DNA of 64,000 bases from Cetorhinus maximus (taxonomy: Eukaryota). The stretch is from the NCBI RefSeq assembly GCF_964194155.1, contig NC_135886.1:119350001-119414000 (forward strand), in the 5' to 3' direction. Shown piece by piece: positions 50,021 to 63,799 of this stretch. A program made the position numbers and the translations under genes. Each line of letters begins with the position of its first letter. Positions within the stretch are counted from its first letter, which is position 1. Under the pieces are notes generated by a model, which did no database searches, was not told the DNA's origin, and was given only the letters and a program-made list of their open reading frames with translations.

Positions 50021-52613
50021 TTTCTATCACCATGCTAGCAGAAGTGATTATTCTCATTGTAAACATATTGTACTATTTTGTACAAATTGCAAAAAAATAC
50101 TGTACAACTATATGTTTAAGGTAGTTGTAGAGAAGTTTGAAGGATCTGCTTTTGTTTTCTAAATGATTTTTTTTTTCCCTTATGCAGACTGGATATTGTT
50201 GAGTTCTGATTTGGTGTCAAGGCCAATACATATGGGTAAAAAAGCTGGACTGCTCAGCCTTTCCTCATTTCCAGCTTGGAATTTGGTTTAATTTGGCAGC
50301 ACGCCAGTCAGTGGATTTTCATAAAATTCCTTTCTGTATTATTGGAACACATTTGTCAATCTGTTCATTTTAAAGGATTAATCCATGTATTAAAATGTCA
50401 TGCAAAGATGAAAAGCACATTAGTTAGTGACCATCTTCTCAACAGTTAGGGATGGGCAACAAATGGCTCACATCCCATGAACGAATAAGAAAAATCAAAG
50501 AATGTTGGAGGCCTTTATGTTTTAGAGTGCTTGATGCCATAAACCATTTCACTGATTGCTATAATTATTGTTTTAGTGTAGTTATGATGACTGTCTTGAT
50601 GTTACTTTAACTTTTTAAAGTCAGTTGGGTTATTTATGGTAGCAACCGCTCACTGTTGGACACTTACAGGGTGTGTTCACTTTGTTTTCTTCATGATTAC
50701 ATTGAATTCCACAGAAACCACAACATGGAAACAGACCTAGCATGTCTTTGTTGGTATTTATCCCCCAGGCATCAGACTTTATAATACCATATGCCTGTTC
50801 CGTTTTTATATCCCATTTATTCTTCAGCCTCATTATGTTTTTTTTAAAACAAAGCTTTCACCCTGTCCTAAATTGCTTGAATTTACTCTTTTATCGATGT
50901 TCCCTCATTTTAGACCCCAGCTGGTAACCATATTTTTCTATCTATTCTGTCCTATAATCTCCTGTGTTCTTAAAAAAAAATTTTTTTCAAGTTTTCAGAT
51001 TTATGTTTCCTAATACTAGAAGAATCCTAGCAGATTGGTAATGTAGCCCTTTTCTTGTGTCTCATTGCTCCCATAATTTGGAGTTCAACAGTACTCTTAA
51101 ATGTGGTCTTATTAAGATTTTTATTTAGATCCACATCTGAATCTCAACTTGAGCATTCTATACATCTTACCATAAAATGCAGTATTCCATTAGCTTTTTT
51201 TATAGCCTTGTGTAATTGAGCTGCTGCTTTTGGTGTCTTACGAACCTGAATCCCCAAATCTTTCTAGTCCTACCCATCATCCAGCAATCTGCCAATAAAA
51301 GTATAATTATTCTTTATTTTTTTCCAAAATGTACCACATTTTATCAATATCTCCTTCCTTTGGTCCCCAGAATTATTTGTAGTGCCTCCTATTGTAGTCT
51401 GATTTGCAAATTTGGACGCCACCTCTTGAGCCATATATTCAAATCATTGCTATACATGGTGCACAGAATCAGTCCCAGAAGAGAATTCAATGCTCTAATT
51501 ATGCTGGAAAAACTACCGTTAAGTCCTACTCACTGTTTCCTTTCTAGCCAAATTGTAATCCAATTTGCAACCCTTCTGCTACTTTCATATCTGTTGATCT
51601 TCTCCATTAGTCTCCTTTTGTAATACTTTATCAAAGGTTTTCTGAAAGTCCACATCCACTGAATTTCCACCATTTCTTCCTGACACCACCACTTTAACTA
51701 TATGTTGAATTCGTTAATCTCCCTCTTTATTCCAGTATGTGGCTAAAATCAACATGATCTGTGGGGTTTCCCTGGCCTCATTGAGCATTCATTCATTGGT
51801 ATTTTCAGAGGAGGTTCAAGTAGGAGTCTTTTGTCTGATGTCCAGCAATACTGAAGCTAATAGTAGATTTCTCCCAGTCACCACATTGTAAAATTAGCCA
51901 TATTCATCACAGACCACAGATCAAATCTAGAAGTTTCTTGGTGTGTGTGGCTCTGTATCTCAACTCATGATGTATTTATTGACTGAGATAATTATTAATA
52001 AACTTTTATGAGAAGGGGAATGCCATGTGGGTTTATTTTGTATAATGCTGATCTAAGGCATTTATCCTACATGCACCAATTCATAGTCCAACCTTGGATT
52101 TATTATATCACCTACAATGGCTTCTCTTCCCACTCATGCACCATTTATCTTTCCTTGGGCGCATCCTATGCTGCCCCTTGCAACGTCACCCAAAAGCGTA
52201 ACATTCATTTTCATCCGTACACTGATGGCACTTGGCTCTACCTTACCACTCTTTTGCTGTTGCTAATTTGTCAGATTGCTTATCTGACATTTAGAACTGG
52301 ATGAAGACATTTAGTACTTGGGAATACTGAAGCCAATGGCCTGAATCTTCCAACGTCCAAAGCAGCGAAATGTGGACTTAAGTCTGTGCTGCGCATCAGG
52401 ACCCTGCAGAAGTCCAGGTGCACACACATGCGCTGTAATTGTCCAGAAAATTTAAACTTCCAATGGGCTGATTTGCGCTGCCTGGGACTCTCCGCATAAG
52501 TCTCAGACACTGAGCTCAGTGTTGGAAACTTGGGCTAGATAAGTGGGACTTAGCTTGATACTTACCCTGGAAATGTTACACAATTTAATCTCTGGTGTAA
52601 CACGGAGATTAGC

Positions 52614-53130
52614 CTGCAAAACTGAACTGAGCACCACAACGGACCCCGACCCGGCGCTGAATCCTGAGACAACTATCCCCCCCCCCACCCGATCCCACCC
52701 ATCTCCACCAACCCCAGACCTGACCCCTTCATTCGTGCCTTCGTTTTTTTTTATTATTCATTCACGGGATGTGGGCTTTGCTGGCTGGGCCAGCATTTAT
52801 TGCCCATCCCTAGTTTCCCTTGAAAAGGTGGTGGTGAGCTTCCTTGAACCGCTGCAGCCCATGTGGTGTAGGTACACCCACAGTGCTGTTAGGAAGTGAG
52901 TTCCAGGATTTTGACCTAGTGACAGTGAAGGAGTGGCAAAGCCCACATCCCATGAATGAATAATAAAAAAAAACAAAGGCACGAATGAAGGGGTCGGGTC
53001 TGGGGGGTGAGGGGGGGATAGTTGTCTCAGGTTAGGTCTGGGAGGGAGGGGGGAGGGGTTAGTTGGATTGGGTGGTTTGGTGGGATTCAGCGCCGGGTCG
53101 GGGTCCGTTGCGCTCAGTTCAGTTTTGCAG
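52614..53130. repeat. Local inverted duplication (arms 52614-52781 and 52936-53130)
   Basis: ctgcaaaactgaactgagc...gggatgtgggctttgc reappears as its reverse complement about 155 bp downstream. Confidence 0.9.
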
Positions 53131-53968
53131 TCAGGATGGTGAGTGACTTGGAGGGGAACTTCCAGGTGTTGGTGTTCCAATCTATCTGCTGCCTTTGACC
53201 TTCTAGATAGCTGTGGTCGTCGGTTTGGAAGGTGCTGTCTAAGGAACCTTGGTGAATTCCTGCAGTGCATCTTGTAGATGGTACAGACTGTTGCTGCTGT
53301 GCATTGATGGTGGAGGGAGTGAATGTTTGTGGATGTGATGCCAATCAAGCGGGCTGCTTTGTCCTGCAAGGTGTCAAGCTTCTAGAGTGTTGTGGGAGCT
53401 GCACTCATCCAGGCAAGTGGAGAGTATTCCATCACACTCCTGATTTGTGCCCTGTAGATGGTGGACAGACACTGGGGAGTCAGGAGGTGAGTTCCTCGTC
53501 ACACGATTCCTAGCCTCTGACCTGCTCTTGTAGCCATAGTATTTATATGGCTAGTCCAGTTCAGTTTCTGGTCAATGGTAACTCCCAGAATGTTGATGGT
53601 GGGGCATTCAGTGATGGTAATGCCATTGAATGTCACGGGGTGATGGTTAGATTCTCCCTTGTTGGAGATGGTCATTGCCTGGCACTTATATGGCGTGAAC
53701 ATTACTTGCCACTTGTCAGCCCAAGCATGGATATTGACCATGCTGCATTTGGACCTGGACTGCTTCAGTATCTGAGGAGTCATGAATGGTGCTGAACATT
53801 GTGCAATTATCGGCGAACATCCCCACTTCTGACCTTTATGATGGAAGGAAGGTCATTGATAAAGCAGCTGATGATGATTGGGCTAAGGACACTACCCTGA
53901 GGAACTCTGCAGTGATGTCCTGGAGCTGAGATGACTGACCTCCAACAACCACAACCATATTCCTTTGT
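52745..53968 (-). mobile_element. CR1-superfamily LINE family B, 3' part
   Basis: Poly(T) tail at 52744; WADKWQV, ILGVTIDQKLNW and PQGSVLSP motifs. Confidence 0.88.
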
Positions 53969-53969
53969 G

Positions 53970-56200
53970 GAGTTGGCATCCTTCCATCTGAGAGATGATG
54001 AGAATGCAGCCTCAGAACTTTGGTGAGATCGTCTGCTGCACTTTTCATGGTTAAACAAGGTGATTCTGGAAAGGCAAAGTCTGCCACAAGTGCCACACAA
54101 GAAGTTGTTCCTTGCTGTTGGTGCGGGATGACCTCTGCTGACGCCTTGTTTGCAGGGCTCGCATCTGCTTTGGAGCTTCTGAAACCACACGTCATGGTGG
54201 TGAGCGCCTGCCCATAGCTGGTATCGCCATTTGCATCGATCGTCAGCTAGACTTTCCCACTTTTCATGACTGATGTTGAGAGCTTTCATGTCTCTTTTGA
54301 CAGCATCCTTGAATCAGAACTTTGGGCACCTTACTGTTCAATTGGGGTGGGCTACCTCCCCATATAGCATATCCTTGGGATGTGGCCATGTTCATTCTTA
54401 TGCACAAGCTCAAACCAGCAAAACCTTTTTTGCTTTATTTTGCTAGCATGCTTGGCATAGAAAAGTGTGCTTCATTGGTGATTTTCTCTTTCTACATGAT
54501 GTCAAGAATGTGTTGTAGACACGCAGTTAAAGTTATTAGCCTTTTTTTCTTGGTAGGTGTAAGTTATCCAGGCTCCACTGTCATACAGCAGTGTGCTGGG
54601 CGATACAGACCTTGTAGATAAGCACTTTGGTCCCGTGGGTCAATTTGTTGTTTTTCCATCTCTGTATTGTTGGTCGGACAAAGTTGGTGGCTGCCATTCC
54701 AATGCATGTGCTGAGCTCTTCATCAAGAGACAGGTTGTCTGTCACTGTAGATTCAAGGTAGCAGAGTTTGCCGACTGCTTCCAGTTGTGTGTTGTTGAGT
54801 CTGATTGCAGGCAAAGAGATAACCCCTTATCCCATAACTACAGTTTTGTTGATACTGATGTTAAGGAAAAACATTACACAGGCATGGGACAGAAACCATG
54901 AGCTTTTGGAGTCGGTCTTCTGTCTGTGCAACTAGTACAGCACACACAAGTTCTGTGATCAGGACATGCCTCACTTCTGCCTTTGCTTTCAATCTTAATT
55001 GATTGATGAGTTTCCCCCACCTGATCATGTGGAGGTATACTCCTTCCATGTCAATAGGAAAAGCATAGGTCAGTAGTACAGAGAAAAAGATACCAAACAG
55101 AATAAGGGCTAAGATGCAGTCCTGTTTCACACCATTGCTAATCTCAAAACTGTCAGAGGTGGAGCCATCAAATTTAATGGTGCCGTGTATGTTTTCACAG
55201 AAGGAACATATGAGACTGCGAAGCTTGGGAGGATCTTCTCTACTATCTGGTAGAGGCCTGTCCTGCTCACAGTGTCAAATGCTTTTCTAAGATCCACAAA
55301 AGCAAGGTAGGGTGACGTTTGCTGCTCTCTGCAGTTCTCTTGAAGCTGATGTAGAGAGAATATCACGTAATGTAAACTGTGGATCTGCCTGCCCTGAAGC
55401 CACATTGAGCCTCCGGGTATGTTTTGTTGGTCAATGGAGCCTCGTTGGAATGACTCTGGCAAAGGCCTTCCCAGTGACGCTGAGTGAGATGCCCCATTAT
55501 TGTTGAAATCCTCACAATCGCCTTTATTCTTATATAACGTGATGATGTTTGTGTCACACACATCCTGTGGGACAGACCCTTCTCTCCAGCAGCGAAGGAG
55601 GTCGTGATGGTATGGCAGCAGGTGGGGTTTTCCATACTTGAATAGCTCATCCGGTATTCCATCCTTTCTAGCTGTTTTCCTTGCTGCTAGAGAGTCAATG
55701 GCCTTTTCAAGCTCTAGTAGTGAGGGTTCAGCATCAAGCTAATTCATGACGGGTAACTGCAGAAGATCGTCAAGTACGGGCAGAGAGATATCCATGTCAC
55801 AGAAGTATAGCTCAGAGTAGGGCTCCACTCAATGGGCCATTTGCTTATTCCTGTCAGTGAGTACTTCCCCATCTGCAGATTTCAAAGGGGAAACTTTGGA
55901 GATGATGGGGCTGAATGCTCTTTTGTTACCGTCATGCATAGTGCAAATATTACCACCGTCACTGGCAGTTTGTATTTCTTCGCATCAGTTGATCTAATAT
56001 TTGTTGGCACAGTACCCTTCTGTCTTTTGCACAACTGGCTTGGCTGGCATGAGATTGTCACATGCTTTAAGCTTTTGAGACAGATTGTAAACCAATTGAA
56101 CTGTGTTCTTCGCTTAAATGACAGGAGTCATTTCTGCAAGGGTGGTCTCGAACCAGTCTTTGTTCCTGTTTCTTCCCTTGCTAAACATGGTTGCTGCAGC
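53970..56200 (-). mobile_element. Degraded RTE-type LINE
   Basis: ITLYKNKGD, PEAQCGFRAGRST, AFVDLRKAFDTVSR, KQDCILA and CGTCGRLCLSRI motifs in broken frames. Confidence 0.9.
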
Positions 56201-57824
56201 TTTGTAAAAGATTGACCATTAAAGGCATTATATAAATATATATATTTTTTACAATCTGTGGTAAACCTTAAAATGCCTCAATAAAGGTAAACTAAATCTG
56301 CAAACGCTGAAAATCTGAACTAAAAACAGGAAATACATAGTGGATCATTTAGTTTCTGAGAAGCTAAAATGGGCTCATGCTGTTGGGTGGAATCATAATT
56401 TTAACATCTCTAGCCAGCAATGGAGGCAAGGATTTTTTTTTGGAAAAGCTAATGTCCACTTATAGATTCTCTATAATGTTTAAGGCTGCAAACCAAAATT
56501 AGCTGTTGCTACATTGTCTGGCTGAAGATTCAGAGGTGGTAGTGGAGAATTGTCGTGTCCACATCTGATTGGAGGATTCAGCTTCTAGGAATGAAAAGCA
56601 GCTTTGATTCTGCCTGAGTTGTTCCAGATGTTTAAAACTGAGCCCTTTGCCAAAGTTAAGTAACTCTTAACTTGCTTATATTAACCATTAATGTTTGAAC
56701 TACTCATTGCACCAAAAAAAAATCACCTTTTTGACTGGAAAACACTAACTGACTAGTGCTTGGTAATGTTGTTCAACTTTCATCATTTAATCCTACATTT
56801 AGCAAGCATTGTGCGAATCCGAACTTGAATGAAAGCTTTCAGTCATTGTTATTATATTTCTAATTTCTTTCATTTTTTAATGAAGGTTTTCCATCAATAC
56901 GGTCAAAATACAAAAAATTAACCACATGTTCATGTTTTGTTATTTTTTTGCTGAGAGAGCAAACAATTAAATGTTGCTGTTGCAGACACCTAAATCAAGT
57001 GCTGAACCCTTGATATCACAATTTATGATATCTGAAGAGAACAAGCTAATGTATTCATACAAAATTCCTCTGCGGAATATCCTCTTGAATGTGTTAATTC
57101 ATTTAAATGCTGGTTAATACCTTTGTTAAATAGCAGAGCAAGGAATTTTATCTGAACTAGTTAATGTAATACCAATATCACAGGACAATTTCAACCCAAT
57201 TTCATCATCTTCCTGTCTGTTTAGACTCTCCAGTGTACAGTTCTAAAGGAAGGCTGAGGCGAATCAGTTTTTACCAATTGAATCTAGGGGTGTATTTTTA
57301 TTTGTTCGTGAACTTTAACAAAAAAGTAAACGTAATCATAAAACAGCACCGTAGCTCTTTTAATTCAAAGTCACTTAGTTTGTATTTTCTGATACTTAAA
57401 CACTAAATTACCACTTTGCTCTGTTACTTAGATTGTTTAATTTGAATTATTGGATAATTCATTGTCAAAAGTAACTGATCTGGGGTAGACTATGTCTACT
57501 TCATGCTCAAGTTAGCAAATGAGGGAAAATAGAGTCATTGACCTCTAAGATTTTTGAGTTATAATGTTATTTTTGGTTTTTATCCATTATATTCCATTAT
57601 AAAATTACCTGGTAACAAGTATGTGGATTGGAGAAGAATTCATGAAACACTTGACAGTCTAAGAAGTAAAGAAACTACACATCAGCGATGCAACTTAAAA
57701 AATATCAAGTTATGACATCAAGGTATTTTTAAGGCCACTGAAGTCTACTTCAGTTTATAGCCCCAAAATGTTATCAAATGAGCTCCAATAGATTTGCCAC
57801 AAATAGTATTCTTTTGTTTCACAG

Positions 57825-58043
57825 ATGACACCTTTCATCACTTTACTGATGATTAAGAGTGGGTTGATGGGATGGTAATTGGTTGGACTTGTCTTGCTGC
57901 TTGTGGACAGGGCATTATAGGGCAATTTTGCACATTGTCAGGTAGATGCCAGTGTTGTATCTGTACTGGGACAGTTTGGCTGGGGGCATGGTTAGTTCTG
58001 GAGCACAAGTCTTTAGTACTACAGTCAGAGTGTTTTTAGGGCT
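57825..58043 (-). repeat. Inverted copy of 59296-59515 (family B LINE-derived)
   Basis: Shares variants with the copy 1.25 kb away that are absent from the copy at about 23400. Confidence 0.75.
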
Positions 58044-58879
58044 TTTAGTCTTTTGTTTTACAGTAATTTTGTTGGTTTTTGTTTTATTGGGGAATGTCAA
58101 TGAATTTTGCTTGCAGTGTAAGGGATTCTTCTGCTGGGAAACAGAACATTTTTTGCAAACTGTCTCAGTATCAACTTACATCCCTCCTCCCCTTCCATAA
58201 GCCTGGATATGACACTGAGGAAATCTGAGATAATATTGCATCAGCTACTGCAGGGAATTCCAACTCGGTTATTTAGGTCCTCCAATAAATTCCAAGCAAG
58301 TTGAATTTTGTTCTTTCTAGAAAGATCCTTTACTCTTTTTACATTTGCATAGGCACACACATGATTGATGCAATTTCATACATTTTACAATATTCGTTTT
58401 TAACAGTGTAGTAAAGGAAGGAAAGAATATTTGTTCTGCTATGGAAAGAAAATTGTTCAGCTTAGTTTGTTGCTGCAAGATAATAGATGTGAAACTCAGA
58501 TTTGTAACATAGTGGGAGCTGGTGCCAAGGCAGCCGGGGGCACTGCCCATCCGACTGCTCACTGTCTGGCATATCATGATTGGAAGGGCCTCGTGCTGGC
58601 TTGCAGTCCGTGCACTGGAAGTCTCCCAGCTGACCAGATCATGACATCATACAACCTTACCAGCTGATTCGACGCATAATTTACAAACTTGGACCATATA
58701 GGTCCATTCAACTATTTGCTTGTCACTCACCAAAGAACATGTACAAAGCTGGAAAATGGACCCACCACTCGTGTTATTTAAAGGGCCAGGCAACCAACTT
58801 GCAGATAAGTTGATTTACAATAACATCTGCTATTGCAGTCGCTGGAAGTACTGTAGTGTATTTTTGGAGGTATTGTGGA

Positions 58880-60990
58880 GGTTCAGTGAGGAGTGTAGGA
58901 AAGCATGCCAGGAGAAGGACCAGACATACCGAACAATCAGGTGCCAACCTGGTGAAGCGACAGCACAGGACTACATGCATGCTAAACAGTGGAAGCAGCA
59001 TGCAATAGAGCTAAGCAGACCCACAATTAACGATCAAAATTCTGCAGCTCTGCAGCCGCATCCAGTTGTGAATGACGCTGGACAATTAACTAATGTTAGG
59101 AAGAGGATTGAAAAACAACCCCATCCTCAACAATGGGGGAGCCCCAGAGCATGAGTGTAACCTTCTTCAGCCAAAAGTGCTGAGTGGGTGATCCATCTTG
59201 TCGTCTTCCTCACAGATGCCAGTCTTCAACCAACTTGATTCATTCCACATTTTATCAAGAAATGGTTGTGTGTTCTGGATGTACCAAAGACTGTGAGCCC
59301 CAAAAACATTCTGGCTGTAGCACTAAAGACTTGTGCTCCAGAATTAACCATGCCCCCAGCCAAACTGTCCCAGTACAGATACAACACTGGCATCTACCTG
59401 ACAATGTGCAAAATTGTCCAGTAATGCCCTGTCCACAAGCAGCAACACAAATCCAACCAAATTACCACCCCATCAGCCTACTCTGAATTATCAGTAAAGA
59501 GCTGAAAGGTGTCATTGACAGTGCTATGGAGCGGCACTTATCAATAACCTGCTACTGATATTCAGTATGAGTTCAGCCAGGGCCACTCTGTTCCAGATCT
59601 TGTTACACTTTAATAATTAAATCTTGCGTGTTATTATCCTGCTATTTTGTTTTATTTTGGCGATTGGGGTCATGCTCAGCATCCGAAGGCAACTGCCCCC
59701 AGTTCAACAACTGAAGGCTGCCACTCCCCCTGCCTGCCCAACCCCCACTTAACAACTCTTGTACCTCCCACACTCCCCAAATTTTCACTCTGGGGGTCAC
59801 ACAAATTCTTAGGCACTAAAATGGGGTCACACTGGGAAAAAGGTTTGGGAAGCACTGCATTACAGCCTTTGTCCAAACATGGACAGAGGAGATGAATTCT
59901 AGAGGCGAGGTGGGAGAAACTGGTATTGACATCAAGGCAACATTTTACCAAATTTGGCAAGAAGAAGCCCAATAAAGTGAAGTCGGTGAGAATTGGGGAG
60001 AATTCACCATTGACTGGAGTTGTGGTTGTTGGAGGACAATCATCTCAGCCCCAGGACATCATTGCAGGAGTTCCTCAGGGCAGTGACCCAGGCCCAACCA
60101 TCTTTGTATGCTTCATCAGTGACCTTCCCGACATCATGAGGTCAAAAGTGAGGATATTCATTGATGATTCCACAGTGCTCAGTCCTATTCACAACTCCTC
60201 AGATAATGAAGCAGTCTCTACTGCATGCAGCAAAACTTAGAAAACTTTCAGCCTTGGTTCACAAGTGGCAAATAGCATTCACTCCAGGCAATGACAATCT
60301 CGAGTAAGAATCTAAGTCTTTTCCCCATAACATCCAACAGGATTATGATTGCTGTATCTCCCACCAGCTGCATCTTGGGGGGGTCACCATTGACTAGAAA
60401 CATAACTGGACCAGCCATATAAATACTGTGGCTACAAAAGCAGGTCAGAGGCTGGGAATTCCAGACAGTAACCCACCTCCTGATTCTCCAGAACGTGTTC
60501 ACCATCTATAAGACGCAGGTCAGGAGTGTGATGTAATACTGTCCATTTGTCTGATGAGTGTAGCTCCAACAACACACAAGAAGTTCAACACCATCCAGGA
60601 TAAAGCCACCTGCTTGATTGCCATCCCATCCATAACCTTAAACGTTCACTCCCTCCACCACCGGTGCACCATGACAGCAGCGTGTAACATTATCTACAAG
60701 ATGTACTGCAGCAATTTGGTATGGATCCTTCCATACCCACGAGCTCTGCCAGCTAGAAGAACAATCCACCACCTGCAAGATCCCCTCCAAGCTACAACTT
60801 ACTGACTTGGGAAATGTATCGCCTTTCCTCCACTGTCGCTCGGTCAAAAGCCTGGATCTCCATCCTTGTCAGATACCTACACTAAATTGATTGCAACTGT
60901 TCAAGAATGGTGCACAACCACTCTCTCAAGGGCAACTAGGGATGGGCAATAAAAGTTGGCCTTGTCAGCGATGCATAATTTGCACAAGTG
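58880..60990 (+). mobile_element. Degraded CR1-superfamily LINE family B
   Basis: FSEECRKACQE..., GVPQGSDPGP, FIDD motifs and the 3' tail. Confidence 0.85.
59606..59857. mobile_element. hAT-type MITE fragment nested in the LINE
   Basis: Ends aaaaggtttgggaagcactg (CAGTGCTTCCCAAAC on minus), a Charlie-type terminus; repeated ggggtcac subterminal motifs. Confidence 0.55.
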
Positions 60991-62249
60991 ATTAAAAAAA
61001 AAGTTCACAATTTAAGCTGGTAACTCAGTGCATTATTTAAGAAGTAGTGCAATGATCTGAGCTCCCGAACACTATTGTGACAATATATCACCTAATCACA
61101 TCTTGGTTTTCCATCCCCTCAGCCTATCGTCCTCTCCTTTGAACACCTCAACTCGCCTTTAAATTGTTTATTTTCTACTGTCAAATTCCATCCTGAGTTT
61201 CTCACCAAGCCATTCTAATTCCGTTTCTCTCCCAACCGCTACATTCAATCAGTGTCATCAGTCTCCATATCTCCATTTCAATTCACCTTGTCCCATTGAC
61301 TCTGATTTTGTTGTCCACCTATCTTCCCTTAACATCTCCCCCAATATAAATTATCTTAGCGATACCCCCGGTCATCCCATCAGCCCCAAATTTTCCATCT
61401 CACATGGCCTCTTTGCTCCCATTGTTTTCATGACTGACAAAAACATTTCCACCCACGTCTAGCCCTACTTTCTTACATCCACCCTAGAAAAATATCTCAC
61501 CCAAATCACTTATAATTGCACTTTCAAGCTGCCTTTGGCATCTGTCGATCTGTTAAAGACTCTCTCTGCTCCACTTTTGATGCAGTTGTTCCCATTAAAA
61601 GTTTTATTTTCTCCCATGTTGGTTGATTGCCTTACTTTGACTTCCTTCTTCACTTCCTCAAGTCCAAGGGTGTTTGTTTATTCCTGTTCTTTTCTTTTCT
61701 CAGCCTGGTAACTTGTAATCTTAGATGTGTCTTCAACAATGAAGTTGTCTTTTCCCAGAGATTATCCATTTAGTCCCATGCTAGGTGACTCTTCCAGCCT
61801 CGTTTTAACTCCCCGTGAATTTGATCTTTTCAATCTAAACATGAGCTTCCACCCACACTCCTGTGTGCCGAATCAAAGGGCCTTTAACTATTAGCTCTCT
61901 CCTAGATTCAGGCAGACAAAACACTGCCTGTAATATTCAGTGAATATAAAACCTGTAACATGATCTTTACAATGGCTTCCTCTGCCTCCTTCGCCATGGC
62001 AATCACTTCGACCTTGTATCTAGATAGAAATGCTAAATAGCTATCCTTGATAGCCAAACTCTGATCTTGGAATTAAATGGACAGTTTAAAACACAACCTT
62101 GTACAACCAGACATTCTCAACACTTTACTGGGACTTTGGAGACTCACAGACTCCACTGTTAACACACAGGCTGCCGCAATTGACTCCATGCGCAAATACC
62201 TTGCACCTTCTTCCCAGTAAAACAATCTAAGCCTTCCTTTGGCTTGACT

Positions 62250-62380
62250 CTCTAGAAGAGCCATATGGACTCGAAACGTTAACTCTTTCTCTCTCCACAG
62301 ATGCTGTCAGACCTGCTGAGTTTTTCCAGCGTTTTCTGTTTTATTTCAGATTTCTAGCATCCGCAGTATTTTCTTTTTCT
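62250..62380. mobile_element. Penelope-like terminal fragment
   Basis: gagccatatggactcgaaacgttaac...cagacctgctgagtttttccagc...agcatccgcagta. Confidence 0.7.
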
Positions 62381-62994
62381 AAGCCTTTCTTTAATCTCTA
62401 ACAATCAAATTACTCAGGCTTACTATCAGGCAGACTGCAGAACAGTTCACATGACCACCTTAATTTTACTTTAAATTTAAAGACACATCCCAAAACAAAA
62501 CAATTTTATAAACCTCATAGTAACATATGTAACACTCCCCTGCCTACCCATTATCCAGCAAATTATACTTTCTCTGTTACTTTGCCCATGTGACTGTGCT
62601 ATATAACTTTATAACAGTTGGTTGCTACAGTAACTGAAGTTAGTGGGGACATAATTATGTAACTTAAACTGATACTTAATGCCACCATGTGGCATTGTAT
62701 TGATACTACACACATTCTTGTTGAATTTTGATAATTTCCTAGCTACTTCCTGGATCAGTGTGTCCAAAGTCTGGCTGCAAACAAAATCCATTAGAAAGCC
62801 CAGAACAAGAAGTAGTTCGATAAAACTGAATAATGTGGGGTCTGCTTTGATAGCAGAGCAAATTCACCCAGTCAGTTGGTCAGCCATATTGATTATGCAG
62901 GTAGTTTGTTTGGTTCCTCATCTATGTTGAGTTAGCTGATTTCAGTTTGATGCAACAACGGGAGGCGAGGGCGGGGAGGCGTACTACAGTTAGG

Positions 62995-63795
62995 CTCAGT
63001 ACTGGGCACGCTCCCTCTCCATTGCAAGTAAGAACCTGGTCATCTGGTGTTGCTGTACATGGCACAAATCTGGCCCACTACTCACTAATGCACCATGGTG
63101 GTTACCCAAGCCATCTTGCTTTTTAGCTAGAGGTCAAACAGAGACCATGTTCGCAGGGACACAATGTACAAACTTCTAGATAAAGGGGAAAAAGACATAT
63201 CCAACATCACCCTGAAGCTGATACCACCCTTGTGTGCGGCTGCATTAAGCTGTGCGAGCACCAAGTGTCAGTATGTGCTGAGGTTCTACCTGTCCCCGGT
63301 GTTGCAAAGGATAGGTCTGATCACATCGCCACGGAACTCTCCATTCAGTTAACATTCGTAGAAAAGTTTATGCAGAAATACATCTTTGACCATAAATTCG
63401 TCAGGCAGTGGTCTGCGCGTAATGTTCTAGGGCCCTGCAGGAAAAGCAGAAGGTAGATCTTGTTAGATGGTTCCCTGAGCAGACAGTCAAAGTCATTTTA
63501 CATAATACCTCATCAACAGAACTTTCAAACAAGCACTAAAATGTAGCTTGGCTGGTGGTGAGAAATGCACACCCCATTAGATCCTTCCTGCATGCCAGGA
63601 GCCTCACAACCTCCACGATGCCATCGAGGTGGCTGTGGTGCGGGAGAGACCATTGTCCACCTCTTTCTGGAATGTGCCTTTGCAAAGAATGTCTGGAGAG
63701 TGATGCAGTGGTTTGTATCAAGGTTCATTACAAGCAGTTCTGCGATGCAGGACTCTGTGCTCTAAAGGTTGTTCCCAGGGATTCACACATAGAAA
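62995..63795 (+). mobile_element. Second Tx1-type LINE fragment (older, colinear)
   Basis: MYKLLDKGEK...FYLSPVLQR, FDHKFVRQWSARNVL and CHRGGCGAGETIVHLFLEC in normal order. Confidence 0.85.
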
Positions 63796-63799
63796 CATT

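Noticed and set aside
56885-56935. AUGA...AA...UGA SECIS-like pattern on the minus strand
   Set aside because: Helix II is only about 8 bp with several G-U pairs and there is no helix I
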